DNA from: Sphagnum compactum
Taxonomy: Eukaryota
NCBI GenBank assembly: GCA_965153455.1
Contig: OZ234493.1
Coordinates: 13,444,213-13,508,212, forward strand
DNA: 64,000 bases
Direction: 5' to 3'
Below the pieces are notes generated by a model. It was not told the DNA's origin. It made no database searches and was given only the letters and a program-made list of their open reading frames with translations. Positions 25,986 through 43,419 of this stretch are shown here, in pieces. A program made the position numbers and the translations under genes. The stretch's first letter is position 1; each line of letters begins with the position of its first letter.

Positions 25986-28900
25986 TATTCACATTGCCTA
26001 TAGGATTCATGTAAGATAAATTAAATATCTTTAGATAGGATAAGGTATGTTACCTACCTATCCATTTATTTTCAACCTATTTCCAAATGACCTTCCTATT
26101 ACCTATTTGCCTACCTACCACTAATAAATTATTTTTAAAAAAAACCATATAAAATAATTTGTAAAATGGGGCCAAATTTTATTTACCAAAAATTTTGTTA
26201 CCTTAAATCACCAAAAACAATTGGACAGATTGACTATAATCAAAATGATTGACTAAAAGGCAATTTGTTCACAATAGGTTTCTGTGTGCTTCAAACATGC
26301 AAAAGGATCATTGAAATTTTGCAAGTAATGGAGCCTATTTAAACAAACATTATTAAGTTCCCATAGTGATTTTTCAAAGATGCATGGGCACCATTTTCAA
26401 GCATTGTCCACCCCCCTTGTTGCTCCTTTTATTATGTTTGGACCTTTTAGGACTACTAGACACAAGAAATTTGCACTAAAACAAAAGAACATTGAATTTA
26501 GGCATGCATTTCAAGAAATCTATACTAAAGTAGAAAAAAAATTAAGTACACAAATTTGAAAAAAAAACCTTACTGAAATAGAAGAAAATAGAATTTGGAA
26601 AACACAAAAAATTTGAAATAAAATCATTAAAATAAAAGAAAAAAAAATTCACCACCCAAAATTTGACCAAAAATTTAGACCAAAGACTACAAGGAATTAA
26701 ATGCAAAATCATTATGTAGATATTAAGCATATGAAAAAATATTAAGTTATCAAAGAAAGGAAAATTAAATGTGATAAATTGATTATTAGATACATTCATT
26801 AGTAGCATTGAAAACTTTCCACCACTAGTGAAAACCCTTGACACAATATAAATGCATGTATTAACCATGCCTATGACTTGCACTCCCACCACCTACCCCA
26901 ATGCAAAGAAGTTCTACAAATCTTGGTGCATGGCATATATCATGTGCACCACAAGCTTCCACCCCATGAAAAGTTCCATTGTCATATGTGCTTGTGATTC
27001 CTTGTCCATCTCCTTGTAGTAGGTTGAGTCCCTTCACATTGTCAATAGAAAAATGACAAACATTAATGAACCAACAAAAAAAGACATGACCGTCAAATAC
27101 TTGAAAATGGAGAACCAATGCACCTTCGCATGTTCCGTTTTTTGTCCCTAGAATTTCATCTCGCTTTTGGCATTGCTTTTGAAGGTTTGTGGCATTGTTT
27201 ATTTGCTATTTTTTCCTTGTTCATTTTTTTTGTAATGAAAGTTCAATCCATCATTCATATGTGAAGGTTCAATCTTAGGTTGGGTCTTTGAAATCCTTAA
27301 TAAAATTAAACATTCCTTAAGTTATAGGTGTTGAACTACATACATCTTGTGAAATGATTTGATACATTGGTGTAAGATTTGACATATTAAAAATAATGTA
27401 TTTCATCGTTGCCATGTAAACATATTTGAAATTGGATTCTAAGTGCTATTGCATTCCAAAATTGTTACATTCTAATTATTTAAATTCAAAGGCATACACT
27501 ACAATTCAAGTGATATTGGGGGAGAGATATTGAAATTGCCTATTCATATCAATATTTGTTTCTACCTTTTAAAAAATATCGAGTCATTGGATAATGGAAA
27601 ATGATATTCTAATAATTGTGCAAATCGTCAAGGTAATGTTCAATTAAAAAATCAATGAACCAATTTGGACTAGAAAACATTTTTAAAAAATGAAGATGAA
27701 GGCAATTTATAGGATGCATTTGGTTTTTTAAAGCCTCAAACTTCGAATATGCACTTTTAAATTGGGGGAGGGGGGTATTTTGTGATTCCTTGGTAGGAGA
27801 TTTTCTCATACAAATAGATGTCAAATGGAAACCTTGACTACTTTAGAATACCTTGACTACTAATACTAATGTTGGATATAATGAAGCTTATAGGTTGCAC
27901 TAGATGTCACTCTACCTATGCAGTAGACATCATTGAAAGCCCAGTTAATTTGGATTTATGTTCATCTTCTAGGTGATTGTGGGTTTGATTCAAAATTAGG
28001 TCACATTAAATATTATTTATCAAACCATGGAAGTCCATAGTTTCAATAAGTTATGAATATGTATATTTTGATGTCATATTCAATAGTTAAACACAAGACG
28101 GACGAATAATTGATCATCTGCTTTAAAGAATTAGAAAATTTTCACTTGGTCCTTGTTATATTCCATTTAATCTTTGTTATGAACACATGGTTTTGAATGT
28201 TAAATTTATTTTGGCCATTTTTATTCACCAAAAATACTATTCATGCATCTAAACAAATTGTTATTGTTAGAAACTAAATATCCATTTTTGCAAGGATCAT
28301 GATCAATATCTTTTTTTGGTGGCAAATTTTCACAATTGGGTGAATTATTTTCAAAACATAAAAAAATGGAATAATGATTTTTTAAGGTATTTTGTTTAAC
28401 CATTTTTTCTGAAATAATTTTAAAAATTGCCAAATTTAAACCTAGGATCTAGGGCACCAACTAGGGTACGAATTCTAGAAAATGTATTCTTAATTTCTGG
28501 GCCAATTCAACACAAATTATATTATTATAAAAAATGTTCAAGTTTTCAAAAAAAAACAATTCTGAATTTTTTTCCCAAAAGGAAATAAAAATTATAATGA
28601 ATATTTGGGAATATGTCATTTGTTGAAATGGAATCCTCAAAATTAATTAATTATTCCATAAACATGTGTTGAAGTGGCCAAGGTACTTCGGTATATGTTG
28701 GGCCTCAATTAGCCTAACCCAATTTTGGTTAAGATTAAGTAATTGATTAATAGAGTTTTGGGGTAACCATGGGTTCATGGGATAGGACAGGGGGGTTGGA
28801 TCTTATCTCAGATGGATTATTGGGGGGAAGGTGGTTTAGACAGGTTGGTGGCATAGATAGGATAATGTGGAAGTAGGTTAGCTGGAATAGGTTAAAATAA

Positions 28901-31900
28901 GGTTATCTTGTTTTAATTAGACTGGATAAGTCTACTAGGTAGGAGTATGACAACGGTGGAGGTGATTTTTAGGAAGGCGTAAAAAATTAGGGTTAGGTTC
29001 AGACAACAACCATGTTTTTTTTATATTATTGAAAGGGGGTGGAAAAAAGGATTGTTGACCACTCTTCGACTTCCTAATGTGATGAGTAATGTGTGAAGGA
29101 ATGAAGGGACGTAAGGATGATGCTAAGACTAAAAGTTCTAAGTTGGTATGGGGCTAGACACATCATGAAGAGGCAAAATGGTAAGCAAGGAGGGGAGGCC
29201 TACTACATCATGGGAAGGTGAATTTCCAAGGTACACCCCACCAAACAAAGTAGTGGAGATGGACGTGGAGGTGTTGTTTACTGGTGATGGCGGTTGTTCA
29301 AAGGAGGATTTCAAATGTTGCTCCACTCAAAGGCGGGGGAAAATGAAGGTATAGAAGACGGTTGCTTGGTGCATGTGAAGAAGGGTAGAAATGGAAGAGG
29401 AGTTGAAGGCGGGGGTTGTGAAACTAGAAAAGAATAACTAGAGGTCTACCATCTTATGTGAGCATGAAAAGTAGGAAGGAAGAACATCAATCAAAAGAGC
29501 ATGAATTGGTAATGATTGTTAGTGGCATTGGAAGGGAAAAGGGAAGAATTATTTGGAAAGTGGTGAAAAGAGGTAAAATTGTTGTTAAAAGGAGGGTATT
29601 TTGTTATGTGTGAATAAGAACTTGGTTGATATGTAAGAGATAGAAGGTTTGCCCTTTTGAAGCTAGAGTCAAAAAGTAGGTGGGAAAAGAGAAAGGATCT
29701 CAAGGAAGAGTTGGAATAGGTAGTGAAAAATAATGTGGTTGAGAGTAGGAAGTGAAGTAATTAGAGAAGGAAGGGAGAAAAGGAAGTAGTGCTACTTCTA
29801 AATAAGAAGATGTTTGACCAGGTATGAATAGGAGTTTGGCTAGAAGAAGAAAAACCTAGCTAGGGACTAAAACCTTTACTATAATTCTTTTTTCTTTGGA
29901 AGTTTAAAGCTTGAGTTTGAAAAATTCTTGCTCCCATTAGTATGTGTGTGTGTGTGTGTGTGTGGTTGTGTATCTGGTTGTAATTCCCTATATTAGGGTT
30001 TCAAGTAATCATAATATGAGTAGGGGGGGGGGGGGACAATAAATAGGAAAAAAAATGATGTTTGGTTTAGACAAGGGTAAAATAGAGTAAGATACTTGCA
30101 AAGAGATATAAAAGCTTACTACTTGGTTGTGACACCCCTTGGATATCCTTCAAGGGCTAAGGGGGAATGGTTCATAGCAAAGTGTTAGGGGTGGCTAATT
30201 TTGTGCCTAACAATATAGTCCATTGACACCTTTCACCATCTATTGCAATATTTTTTGGGGGATCCTTGCCGATGAGGTTACTTCATAAGTCTAGAAAAGA
30301 AAACCATGATCATGGTGGTATGGAAGGTACATTCAATTTCAAAAAAAATCATATGACTTGACAATCAACAATTTTTTTCAACAAATTGTGTCAATTTTTT
30401 GATAAAACAATTGTGAATGTTTTGTGTTTTCTAATGTAAATATGATCAATTTTACTAAATATTGGAATTTTTTGCCATATTACCAATATCAAAAAATTGT
30501 AAAAAAACTTGTTCACAATTAATTAAATTTTTTTAAATTACATTGTAATCCAAATTCCTAGTCCACTTCACCCTATGGAGTGTCCAAATGAGCTTCAAGT
30601 TGTTCACAATTTTTTTAAATTTCTAAGCTATCTAAGGCTTGACTTTTTTTTTGGTTTCTTAAAAAATTCCCCTAGTTAAATCAATCTATCCTTGTTTTCT
30701 TTTCCACAAGCTACCTAGGCTCTCCCCTTCCCCTTTTTCCTTCCTTTTTTCTTTAGTTAAAAAAAATTGGATAGGTATTTGAAGCTTGAAAGGAACCCTT
30801 TCAAAATTCAAACTGCCCATTAAATTATTTTTTGAATATATTGAGAGCAAACTTAAAGACTTTGACTTCAAATTTCATGTTTTTTTTAAATCCAATTTTT
30901 GTGAACCATTTGGATTTGAAGCCATTTTAGGGCTCATTCATGATTGGGTTTCCAAAACTTTCACAAGACTTCAAAGTCCAACTTTGATTTCTTTGAAAAT
31001 ATGAAATCATTACAATTTTAATGGGTGGTTAAATGCCAATAGAAAAATATATTTTTTCTTAAATTAATTTTAAAAACTTCAAAAATCACTTGTATATTAT
31101 GTAATTATGTTTTTTGAGTCTTTTAAACTAACTATATAAATTATCTTAATTAATTTTTTAATAATCGAAGTAAAATTTATAAAAGCATGCAATTGATTTC
31201 AAAAAAAATTATATAAGAAAACATGTTTCTAGTTATGCAAATACATATTCATTGCGGGAATTTGATATAAAAACAAATCATGTCAAAATTTCAAAGGCTG
31301 GAAATTTTGAATTAAAAGATTCCACTCCTTTTTTAATCATTTAACTAGTTTTCTTTAATGTTCATTAGGCTCAATTTTTCTAGCTTTAGAAACATGTTTC
31401 ATTGTCCAGAGAAGCTTGTTTTGGCATTTTTTGAGTTTGTGTTTATAAGTGAAAATATTAATGCACAAATATGTAGGCATGAAAAAAAACACCACTTTAC
31501 CACATGAATTATCTTATTTTGGGATTCTAACTTTTTCACATAAATTTATTCCATGTAAATCTTGTTTATAAAAAATAGCCCTAACATAATCTTGAAATCC
31601 TTATTCCTTTTTTTAGAAACCCCAAATGGGAATGAGCCCTTTAATGGGATGGAAGTCCATCTATGAAAATTCATGAAATTTCAAAATGAAATAAAGTTTA
31701 TCCATCAAGTGTTGAAGCCAAATATGAATCCAAATTGCCAAACTTGGTCTGCATTTGTTAAGCCTCCTTAGCACAATACCTATTCTCTATTCCAAGGAGT
31801 ATATAAAAGCACATATGCCTCATTGTTGAAAAGCTATGATGTCCCTAGGATGTCCATAAACAAGGGAATGAACTTTCATCTATGAAAATCCATTAATGAT

Positions 31901-33800
31901 ATTTTATGCATATGGATGATTTTTAATGAAAAAAATAAAATTGTGAATAAAATTACATTTCATGGATGAAATAAAATTATACATTTTTTTCTTGGATGAT
32001 CTTTATCTAGAAGGTGACACTCTAACCAAGGAACCTACCAACAATGTTTGAAACACATGATCTTTTTCTTGCGTTGTTTTGGAATAAAGAAACAAGTTGT
32101 GTTATACACAATGGCCCTACCATTAATTTAATATCAACAATTGATATTGTATGATAAATTGGTCATAGCTAGGGGAATTTTTTATTATTATTATTTTAAT
32201 GTACATTATCATGTTGTTGTAAAAGAAGAATTGTCATGATTTTTTTTTCATTTTTTAACATCACATTGGTTATGAGAAAGCTAAAAGGGATCTCACATTA
32301 AATGATGGCATGTTCTAAGAACCTATCTAAACATTCAAAAAATTGTTACCAAACCAAAACCAATAGGGGAATGTTCCAATATGATTTTCAATTTTTTGCA
32401 AATCTAATGACTTTTTTCTCAAAAAAAACCTTTTCATATTTATTTTTCACATTTGTGCAAACTTTCAAACCAAAAAAAAAAACCCTAGTCGTGACAAGTG
32501 TATTTGAGTGTTTTCAATTACATTGTCACATTTTGAAAGAATTACATGAATTTTTGCATATGATGGGTGCCATAACTATTTTTGAAAATAAATAAATTAA
32601 TATTGAATATTGTGGATTATGGATTGGTGACAAAGTCACTTGGAGGTGGGTGCACATTTGAGGAGGTAGTAGAGAAAACAAATTGTCAAAAGATGAATGT
32701 GAATTTTTTAACAACCAAATTATTAGGATGAATCATCTCACCTAGTTTCTTTTTCTAGGGGGCAAAATCCCTTGAAGCTACTATACTCTATAATGATTCT
32801 CAACACAATATCCCTACCTTACAAGGCAAGGCCAATAAAAGCTTCAAAAGAAGGAAATAGTATACATTTTGAGAGACACACAAAATGATATGGCTTTGAA
32901 ACAAGATAAGGTTTCAACACTTGGTTTCTCTATTGTGCTTTGGTGGGAAGGGGGAAGGGAAATTCCTTATGAGTTGTGGTATAGTATAGCCTAACCCAAA
33001 TATGGTATAGTTTGAGTAATGTGTCATGAGGAGGAGATAAGGTCTTTTGGGTAGTCAATAAGAGGCTGAAAACATCTAGTCAAGCATGCATATTGTTTTG
33101 GTGGATTTGGCTGAAAATAGTGTGTAAACCAGCCCCCCCCCCCCCTTTTTTTTAATGCAATTAAAATTTGGAACTATTGTAAAGTTTTGGAAATTTTTAT
33201 ATCAGAAATTCAATGATTTTTAGAATTCAGAATAATAATTTTTTAAAAGCCAGATCTATATATACATGGTTCAAGCCAGTAGGTAGCCAATAATCTGTAA
33301 GGTTTTTCTTTTCTTTTCTTAATTTAGATAGCCAAATCTGGCTAAATTGGCTTATGGATTAATTGCCACCTTGGCAACATCACAAAATTGGAAAATAAAC
33401 ACTAGTGTGAACTTATGAACTTCCCATTTTAAAGCTATCAAAGGCTATGTAACAAACTACACCCAAAAACTCCAAAGTTAATGTTGTATAGTGTAGCTTG
33501 TGCAGCTTGTGCCACTGGCCCAAGTGTGACCTGAGGATAGACCTGGAATTGTGAGAAAATTCCCCTATAATTTTTAGTTTTGATTCAAATGAATTTTCAA
33601 TGAAAATTTTGTTCAATATTCAATAACTTTTCCACCATAGCTTGAAAAATTATCAACCCAACCTGGTGCAGCCCTAGTACTCATCAATGAGTTTCCAAGG
33701 GTGCCAATACCATGGCAAGAGGCACCATGGTTTGAGAGATCTCAACATGAGAAACAAGGGGTGTGTCGCACCGTGGCCTTGCCATTCAACATTAAAAAAA

Positions 33801-34075
33801 GTATCTTAAGGCAAAAGAAGAATTATGAAAAACTCAAATATTTCACCATGCAAAAATATAATCTTCAAAAAACCCTCTGAAAGAAACCAAACTCCTTCCA
33901 AGATATTATAACTCCATAACTAATCTCAAGTTTCAACACAAGCCAAAATATCATCTTTAAAACATCCTTATATAAAAATAAACCTATTACCTAGGGGCCA
34001 AAATCCCTTAAGCTAGTATATATTCTAAAATGAATCTAAACACAATATCCTTGCCTTGGTAGGCAAGGCCAACAA
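33801..34075 (+). repeat. Dispersed ~300-bp repeat, copy 2
   Basis: Collinear with 12529-12835. Confidence 0.85.
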
Positions 34076-34093
34076 AGTAGCTTGATAGATAGA

Positions 34094-34583
34094 TGTTAGG
34101 CAAAGCTCACCATTGTCCGAAGCTTCACGATTGCAAAGGGCAAACAAAGAGCACAAGTAAATGTGCCAAAACCTTGGCTGTTCAATATGAGAGGAGCACC
34201 CTAGAGGGGGCAACTTGCCATACTAGGCCAGGCAAAATGTGTCATTCAATGGCCATTTTCACAATGATCCCTATAACCCTAGGGGTGATGGCTCATGGGT
34301 ATAGCCTCCCCTTCTGGGACCACCAAAAGGTCCTAAGTTCAAACCAAGTGGTGTGTAGGTGAACAACTCTTGCCAGCCCTCCTTTACCCATGCGCCATGT
34401 AGAAGGACGCCACACGGTGTCCCTTTTCTGGTGGCTTCTCCTAAGGGTCACGTGGAGCCAAGAAAGGCACCCCAGGTCCCCCCCTCTTGACCTGCTTCCA
34501 CGACATTTGCCAAATCTAGTGTCACTTATAAGGGCTCTCTTTTGCCATGTAATAAAAAAAGGGCTCCCTGGTCCCACTTAACA
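34094..34583 (+). mobile_element. Solo-LTR-like unit (TGTTA...TAACA)
   Basis: GC-richer 490-bp block starting TGTTA and ending TAACA, with TATAA and AATAAA near the 3' end. No direct TSD: the flanks extend the IR instead. Confidence 0.45.
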
Positions 34584-34756
34584 TCTATCTTACAATGAAT
34601 GATCTAACATGCATGGCCAAAGAGGACTAGGTTAATGGCTATTGGGAGTTAATGGCTATTGGGCTATGCCGCAAAGTACACGTAACTAAGTACACGTAAG
34701 AGGCCTCTTGTGGGCGCGTAAGTTAACTCTAGCTCCTATTGCCTCATTATCTATTA

Positions 34757-34981
34757 TGGTGCATTCACACTTGATATTAAATCAATGTTTTAAATGAAAA
34801 ATCTAGATGGCATCCTAGGTGGCACCCAATGTTAAATGGGCGATAGCTTAATATGTTAAAGTGAATGTTAATTTAACATAAAATCTTCATGATAAGTATG
34901 TTGCAATCTTAAATGACTCCTTGTATTGTGTTAAGGTACTCAACACTAAACTAGTCCCTAACACCAAGTGTGAACGCACCT
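34757..34981. mobile_element. PIF/Tourist-like MITE (second family)
   Basis: TIRs (T)GGTGCATTCACACTTGATATTA / TAACACCAAGTGTGAACGCACC(T). TTA on both sides (34754-56, 34982-84). Confidence 0.75.
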
Positions 34982-35739
34982 TTAAGTATGTTTAGGTGTA
35001 TGATAACATTACAAAGCATAATCACTCCTCTGCTGAGAGGAGGCACTTTCCGGTAAATGAAAAATCTAGATGGCATCCTAGGTGGCACCCCATGTTAGTT
35101 TTTTATAACTTTTTAACTGTGATGCCCTGTGGGTACCAGAAGGGTATTCGATATGTGAACTCGTTTTCTATCGTTTAAAACTGTGATACCCGTCTGGTAC
35201 CCTCCGGGTATCATCATGGGAAACAATTTAAATTAATTTTACTGTGACGGTTTTTACACCAGGGAATTATGTCGTTGGGCAGGGGCATTCCCAAAATAAC
35301 CGGCCCTTGGCCTTTGGCCGCCCTGTGGCTTTACCCCACACAAAACCACCACGAATTCATTCGTGTAGATTTTTCCAGAAATCATCAATCCAATGGGAAA
35401 CTTGGATGAAGAAACTAATTTCCCATCTCTAGTATGAACAGCAATGTTAAAAAAAGCCTTTGGTAAGAAAAAAACAACACGTACCTGCAGTAAATTTTGT
35501 GAGTAAAAGTGGCAGTTACACACAACATTGCAACCATGGCCAGATGGGTTCCAGACGCAAATTTGCGGCGTAGCCCAATAGCCATTACTACTTAATATCA
35601 ATAATCCAAAAGTTTCATCGGTGTTCATTCGAGTCATTAGTTTAGCCAGAAATCGCCCATAATTGTAACCTCACGGTCGTCGGTAGCCTGAGACTACTTG
35701 CGTTTACTTTTCTACCATTTTACCCTACGGGAAAAGTGC

Positions 35740-36060
35740 TGACATCAAGCTGCTGACACGCATTCCCGCGTAATCCGACGCATCGCCCCGCCTGGAATTG
35801 CCTCGTCGCAAATTCCGGGGAAAAAGTTGTGGTGGAAAACAGTTATTAGTTAGGAACGGGGCAGGAACAAAAGGGGTGGGGTCCATGACAATTCCGAAAC
35901 GGAAAACACGTAATGGTCTACTAGCGGTCTAGACTCGTACGTTCCGCGTCTCTCGGCGGGATTCCAGGGAGTTGCGGGTGGCTCACGTGCCGTTCAGTCA
36001 ACAGTTCCCGCGTGGAATGTACCCCCCCGGCCTCTCCCCTACACCCCTATATAGACTTCG
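35740..36060 (+). promoter_or_regulatory. CpG-rich proximal promoter of MIPS with TATA box and G-box
   Basis: TATATA at 36048-36053 in a cccTATATAg context ~250 bp upstream of the ATG, followed by a CT-rich leader. CACGTG at 35984-89, ACACGT near 35907 and CCGCGTGG near 36008. CpG density is high compared with the CpG-poor surroundings. Confidence 0.7.
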
Positions 36061-36303
36061 CCGCTGTCTCGTTTTTTCCACTCTGTTTCGCACACGTTCC
36101 TTCTCTTCGCAAATCTCTCGCGCGCTCCCTCTCTCTAATCCCCTCTTGTGGTACCAGAATCAGGCCTGCAGAGAACTGCGGAGTGCTGGTTTGTAGCAGA
36201 GAAATAGGAGGGGCAAGAATTGGAAGTGGAGCGAGGAGAATTGGTGAAGAAACGGGTGAGAAATTTTGAGGAAGAAGAACAACAACAAGAAGAGAGAAGA
36301 GAG

Positions 36304-39818
<3,515 letters not shown>

Positions 39819-41250
39819 GAATTCTTCCTTTGAACTAGTAACTGGCAAAGTTACAAAAGGAAGGTGCTTTCACAGTTGCACAGAACTAGGCCTTAATTGT
39901 AGCAGTAAATGGACTGGGTTACTTTCTAAAATGTTAATTGTTGAGATTTCTCTGCAATCTCTTTTAGATATGATTTGAGTATATATTGTTTCCTTGCCAT
40001 TGTTTCCAAGCCTAATTACATCTGAGCACATTTCTCTGGAATTAAGAAAATAGATTACCAAGCATTCTGGGATTGGAAAAGATTGGGGACTTTTTTAGTA
40101 TTGGAGTTCTTTGTTTTCTCACCATCAGGTCTTTCATTTGAATTAAGAATGGAATGGGTGAGGATGGCAGTTTCTCTTAGGTAATGCAAATTCGTTTGCA
40201 AGTCTGTGTTGAAGAAGTTATGTGCATGGCTGTGGTAGCCAATAGATAATAGTGTCAGATGTTGACCATAGCTGCAAAGTCCATTACTATTATGCAAGTG
40301 TGCAAGTGCATGGTGGTGGTATAGATAAAAAAAGTACTGAGGTGTTATTGGGCTTTTTGGCTCAACTGGTCAATCCCAATGTTCTGTGGGTATCTGATTG
40401 TTTTTAATAACCAAATTTGGAACAGTATTTCTGTTTTCTTTTTTTTTTCCAAGTTTTTGTAGTGTAGCAATAGTGGCCCTAAACAGATTTTGACTTAAAT
40501 GGAGAGGCATTGGCACAGGACCATTAAAACAGTAGCCAGTAGACAGACCTGTGGTGACACATTGCCCCAAAAACAGGCTAAATTTGAGGACTCTGTTTTG
40601 AAACAAAAAAAGGAGGGGGAATTTTTGCCAGAAAATTGAATGTGTGTCACCTTTGAATGATTTTTTGCCCCCAAGAAAAATGACTGATTTGGAAATCAAA
40701 GAATCAGGTTCTGATTTATTTTTTAAAGATTTGCAATACCAAAGAACCTCTGGGTTCAGTTTTTTAAAAAGCCAAGAAGAGGAAGAAGAAGACTGCCAGA
40801 TTTCATGAAATAGACAACAAATGACTGACAGTTTTATTGAAGGTTCTTTGATCGGTTCTTAGAATTTTTGGGAACTTGCAGTTATTACATGTCAAAATCT
40901 GTCCTCAGATTTTTGAGAATCATGGTTATGTAGCAAGATTGGTTATTTGATCATATATGAACCATTGGTTATGAGCTCCCATTTCTGATACCCACCTAAC
41001 TAACACGGTCGGTAAATAAGCTTTGGGATATTGGGTGCTTGGTAAAACTATCTTGGCAGCTACAGGACTTGGCACAATTTGTTATTTTTACATGGGCCAT
41101 AGATCAATTTTTATAGATGCACTCTTGGACTGGTGGAAAATTTCAAGCATCAACTTGTATTAAAAATGTTTGATTTAGTTTCACAAGGAACAGAAACATA
41201 TCAAATGAAACTAAAATGATAAAGACTTAGCATTATCACTAAGCTTACAC

Positions 41251-41375
41251 GGCCTTTTAGCATCAAAAGACAACAATGAAAACATCACACTTCTAAACGT
41301 AAACATTAAAGAAGGCCTTTTAGCATCAAAAGACAACAGTGAGTGAAAACATTACACTTCTAAACATAAACACTA
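41251..41375 (+). repeat. Tandem duplication, ~64-bp period
   Basis: ggccttttagcatcaaaagacaaca...gaaaacat(c/t)acacttctaaac twice. Confidence 0.85.
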
Positions 41376-41604
41376 ACAAATACCAAGTCGGTAATTAAAG
41401 TCCAAAATATTTGTAAGAGACCTCATTAAATCAAGACTTTTTAATCCTTGATCACCAATGTCATCCTTCACATGTGGACTCTCTGCACAAGTTTCCTTTT
41501 GGGTGTTTCTTCTTCAGTGTGGTGATGGATTTTTGTGTAGAGAAGTTCCCTTTAAGACATGAGCTCTACTACCAAGAAGAAATGAATCCACCAACCAAAT
41601 CTTA

Positions 41605-41978
41605 GAGCATCTCCAGCGGTGCTCAGTATGGTACCCTGCAAAAATATTTTTCACATCCAACTTTAGTTATTTACTTTTTTACACCCCACCCATAAAACTG
41701 AAGCTGGGACAGCAAATAGGTTGGGGAGTACTAATAACGAACCACTTGGACCAATCATTATGATGGGCCAATAAGAAACACTGAGCAGCAGTCAGGTCCT
41801 ATTTATTACGCCCTTTTCTGCAAGTGCGCAACGTTGCTGCGCCTTTTACCCGCCACCACAAGCTGTGAAATTTTTGCTGAGCCAAAAGCATTGACCTGAG
41901 CTAAACCGGCATATTTTCACTTTTCTTCATCCAATTGTACTGTGCAGGATCACATACTGAACACTGCTGGAGATGCTC
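41605..41978. mobile_element. Tourist/PIF-Harbinger-like MITE, copy 3 (opposite orientation)
   Basis: TIRs GAGCATCTCCAGCGGTGCTCAGTATG ... CATACTGAACACTGCTGGAGATGCTC, with TTA TSD. The internal sequence is similar to the reverse complement of copies 1 and 2. Confidence 0.9.
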
Positions 41979-43419
41979 TTATGGATTTGTTTACTGTAGT
42001 GTAGAAATCCTATTATCCCACCCCATAATTGAGATGCTCCACGCTTTGAAAGAAATAATGTTGACAAAATAAGTAACAGATCAACCTAATTATGATGGCA
42101 TGGGTGACGATTCCCAAACGTGGAATGCAAAGGTGAAGGATCACTCGTGCTAGCCATGGGATCAGAATAAGGCATTCCACACTAAAGGAGGACCCATTTA
42201 GAGCACGGTCGTCCACATTCCGGTTTGACGGGATGGACCACGACAAGATGTCAACCTCTAGGATGTCTCGAATTTGGGCATCCCTGGTAAAAATTAGGTT
42301 CAGATTGGATTTTTTGGTTTGAAAAATGGCAAAGGGCAATGAGGGACATTAGGGGATGACAAGGGGTATTGTGGGCAATGGGGGTGCCTAGGATGATAGG
42401 GAGGACGGCTGGGGCAACAAGGGCGCCGGGGGATGATGACATAGTGAAAGCACTAGGAAATATTTTAAAAGGTGCTGAAGCATTCCAAGCAACAATGCTT
42501 GCATCAAGAAAGACACAATGAAATACATAAGCGGATGTCAAAAAAAAGAAGGAGGAAAACTCTTTTAAAAACCCTCTTGGATCAATCAAACCAAATCAAA
42601 TTGGGACTTTAGGTGGGAGGATTCTTGTTGTTTGGTTAATGGGGTTTTGCGTCCATGCATGATTTGATCTTAGTTTAATTGTTGATGTTTCTACCTTGTA
42701 ACAGTTTGAAGTAGATTCTTGTTGTGATCTCGCCTGCTCAGGTTGGTGGGAAGATCAAAGGCAATTAGGGGTAGATGTTAAGGTTATTAATGAATAAGGT
42801 TTGAGAAGGAAAATGTTGGTGTTGAAAAGTCATAATTGGTGTAATGAAAAGGTACAAAAGAAAGTTAAGGTTCACTAGGATGGGAAGAATGTTTGCAAAG
42901 GTGGTGCGTGCCCAAGTGTCGATCATATTTAGATTGTGGGTTATAGCTTAGGAAAAGATTCAAGTAATCACTTTGAGGAGATGGACATTTGAATGTTAGA
43001 TGCATTAGCAATGTTGAACTCCTATCTAGCATGCTTAAATAGGGGGACTCATGTTAACCCTGTCAAATCATTGAAGGGTGAGGTTTTTCATGCTAGGTTC
43101 TTTTGGAATTAAAGTGGATCCTTAATCAAGGAATGAAAAATAATTCCAACTTTGGCAACGCAAGTGGTTCATGTTGAAGCTAGATACATGAAAAATTTGC
43201 ATCATCACAAGCTTTGTAAGGTCTAAGTTCATTATGAAAAAATAAGGATTTGCAACTAGGTTTTAATTGCAATTTTGAGTTACAATGATCATTTGCAACT
43301 TAATTCATTTTACAATTTGAATGCTATCGAATGAGTTGTTAAAGTTACAACAACACATTTCACTATAAATGAAACTATATACATATGCAACTCATGCAAC
43401 TATGTTGCAATTAGATCAT

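Noticed and set aside
25916..25990. Functional tRNA gene
   Set aside because: No acceptor or anticodon stems and a degenerate B box. Kept only as a SINE-like relic.
26542..27118. Hydrophobic minus-strand ORFs as a membrane protein
   Set aside because: The composition is driven by A-rich low-complexity sequence, and no family motif was recognised.
28740..29900. Purine-rich block (and a similar one at ~42010-42900) as a Pro/Ser-rich minus-strand gene
   Set aside because: Many stops, and no splice-consistent model or recognisable domain. It is probably an old retroelement remnant.
36220..36303. N-terminal extension of MIPS from the track ORF start
   Set aside because: It starts at a TTG in a GAA-rich leader. 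The ATG at 36304 gives the canonical ~510-aa MIPS N-terminus.
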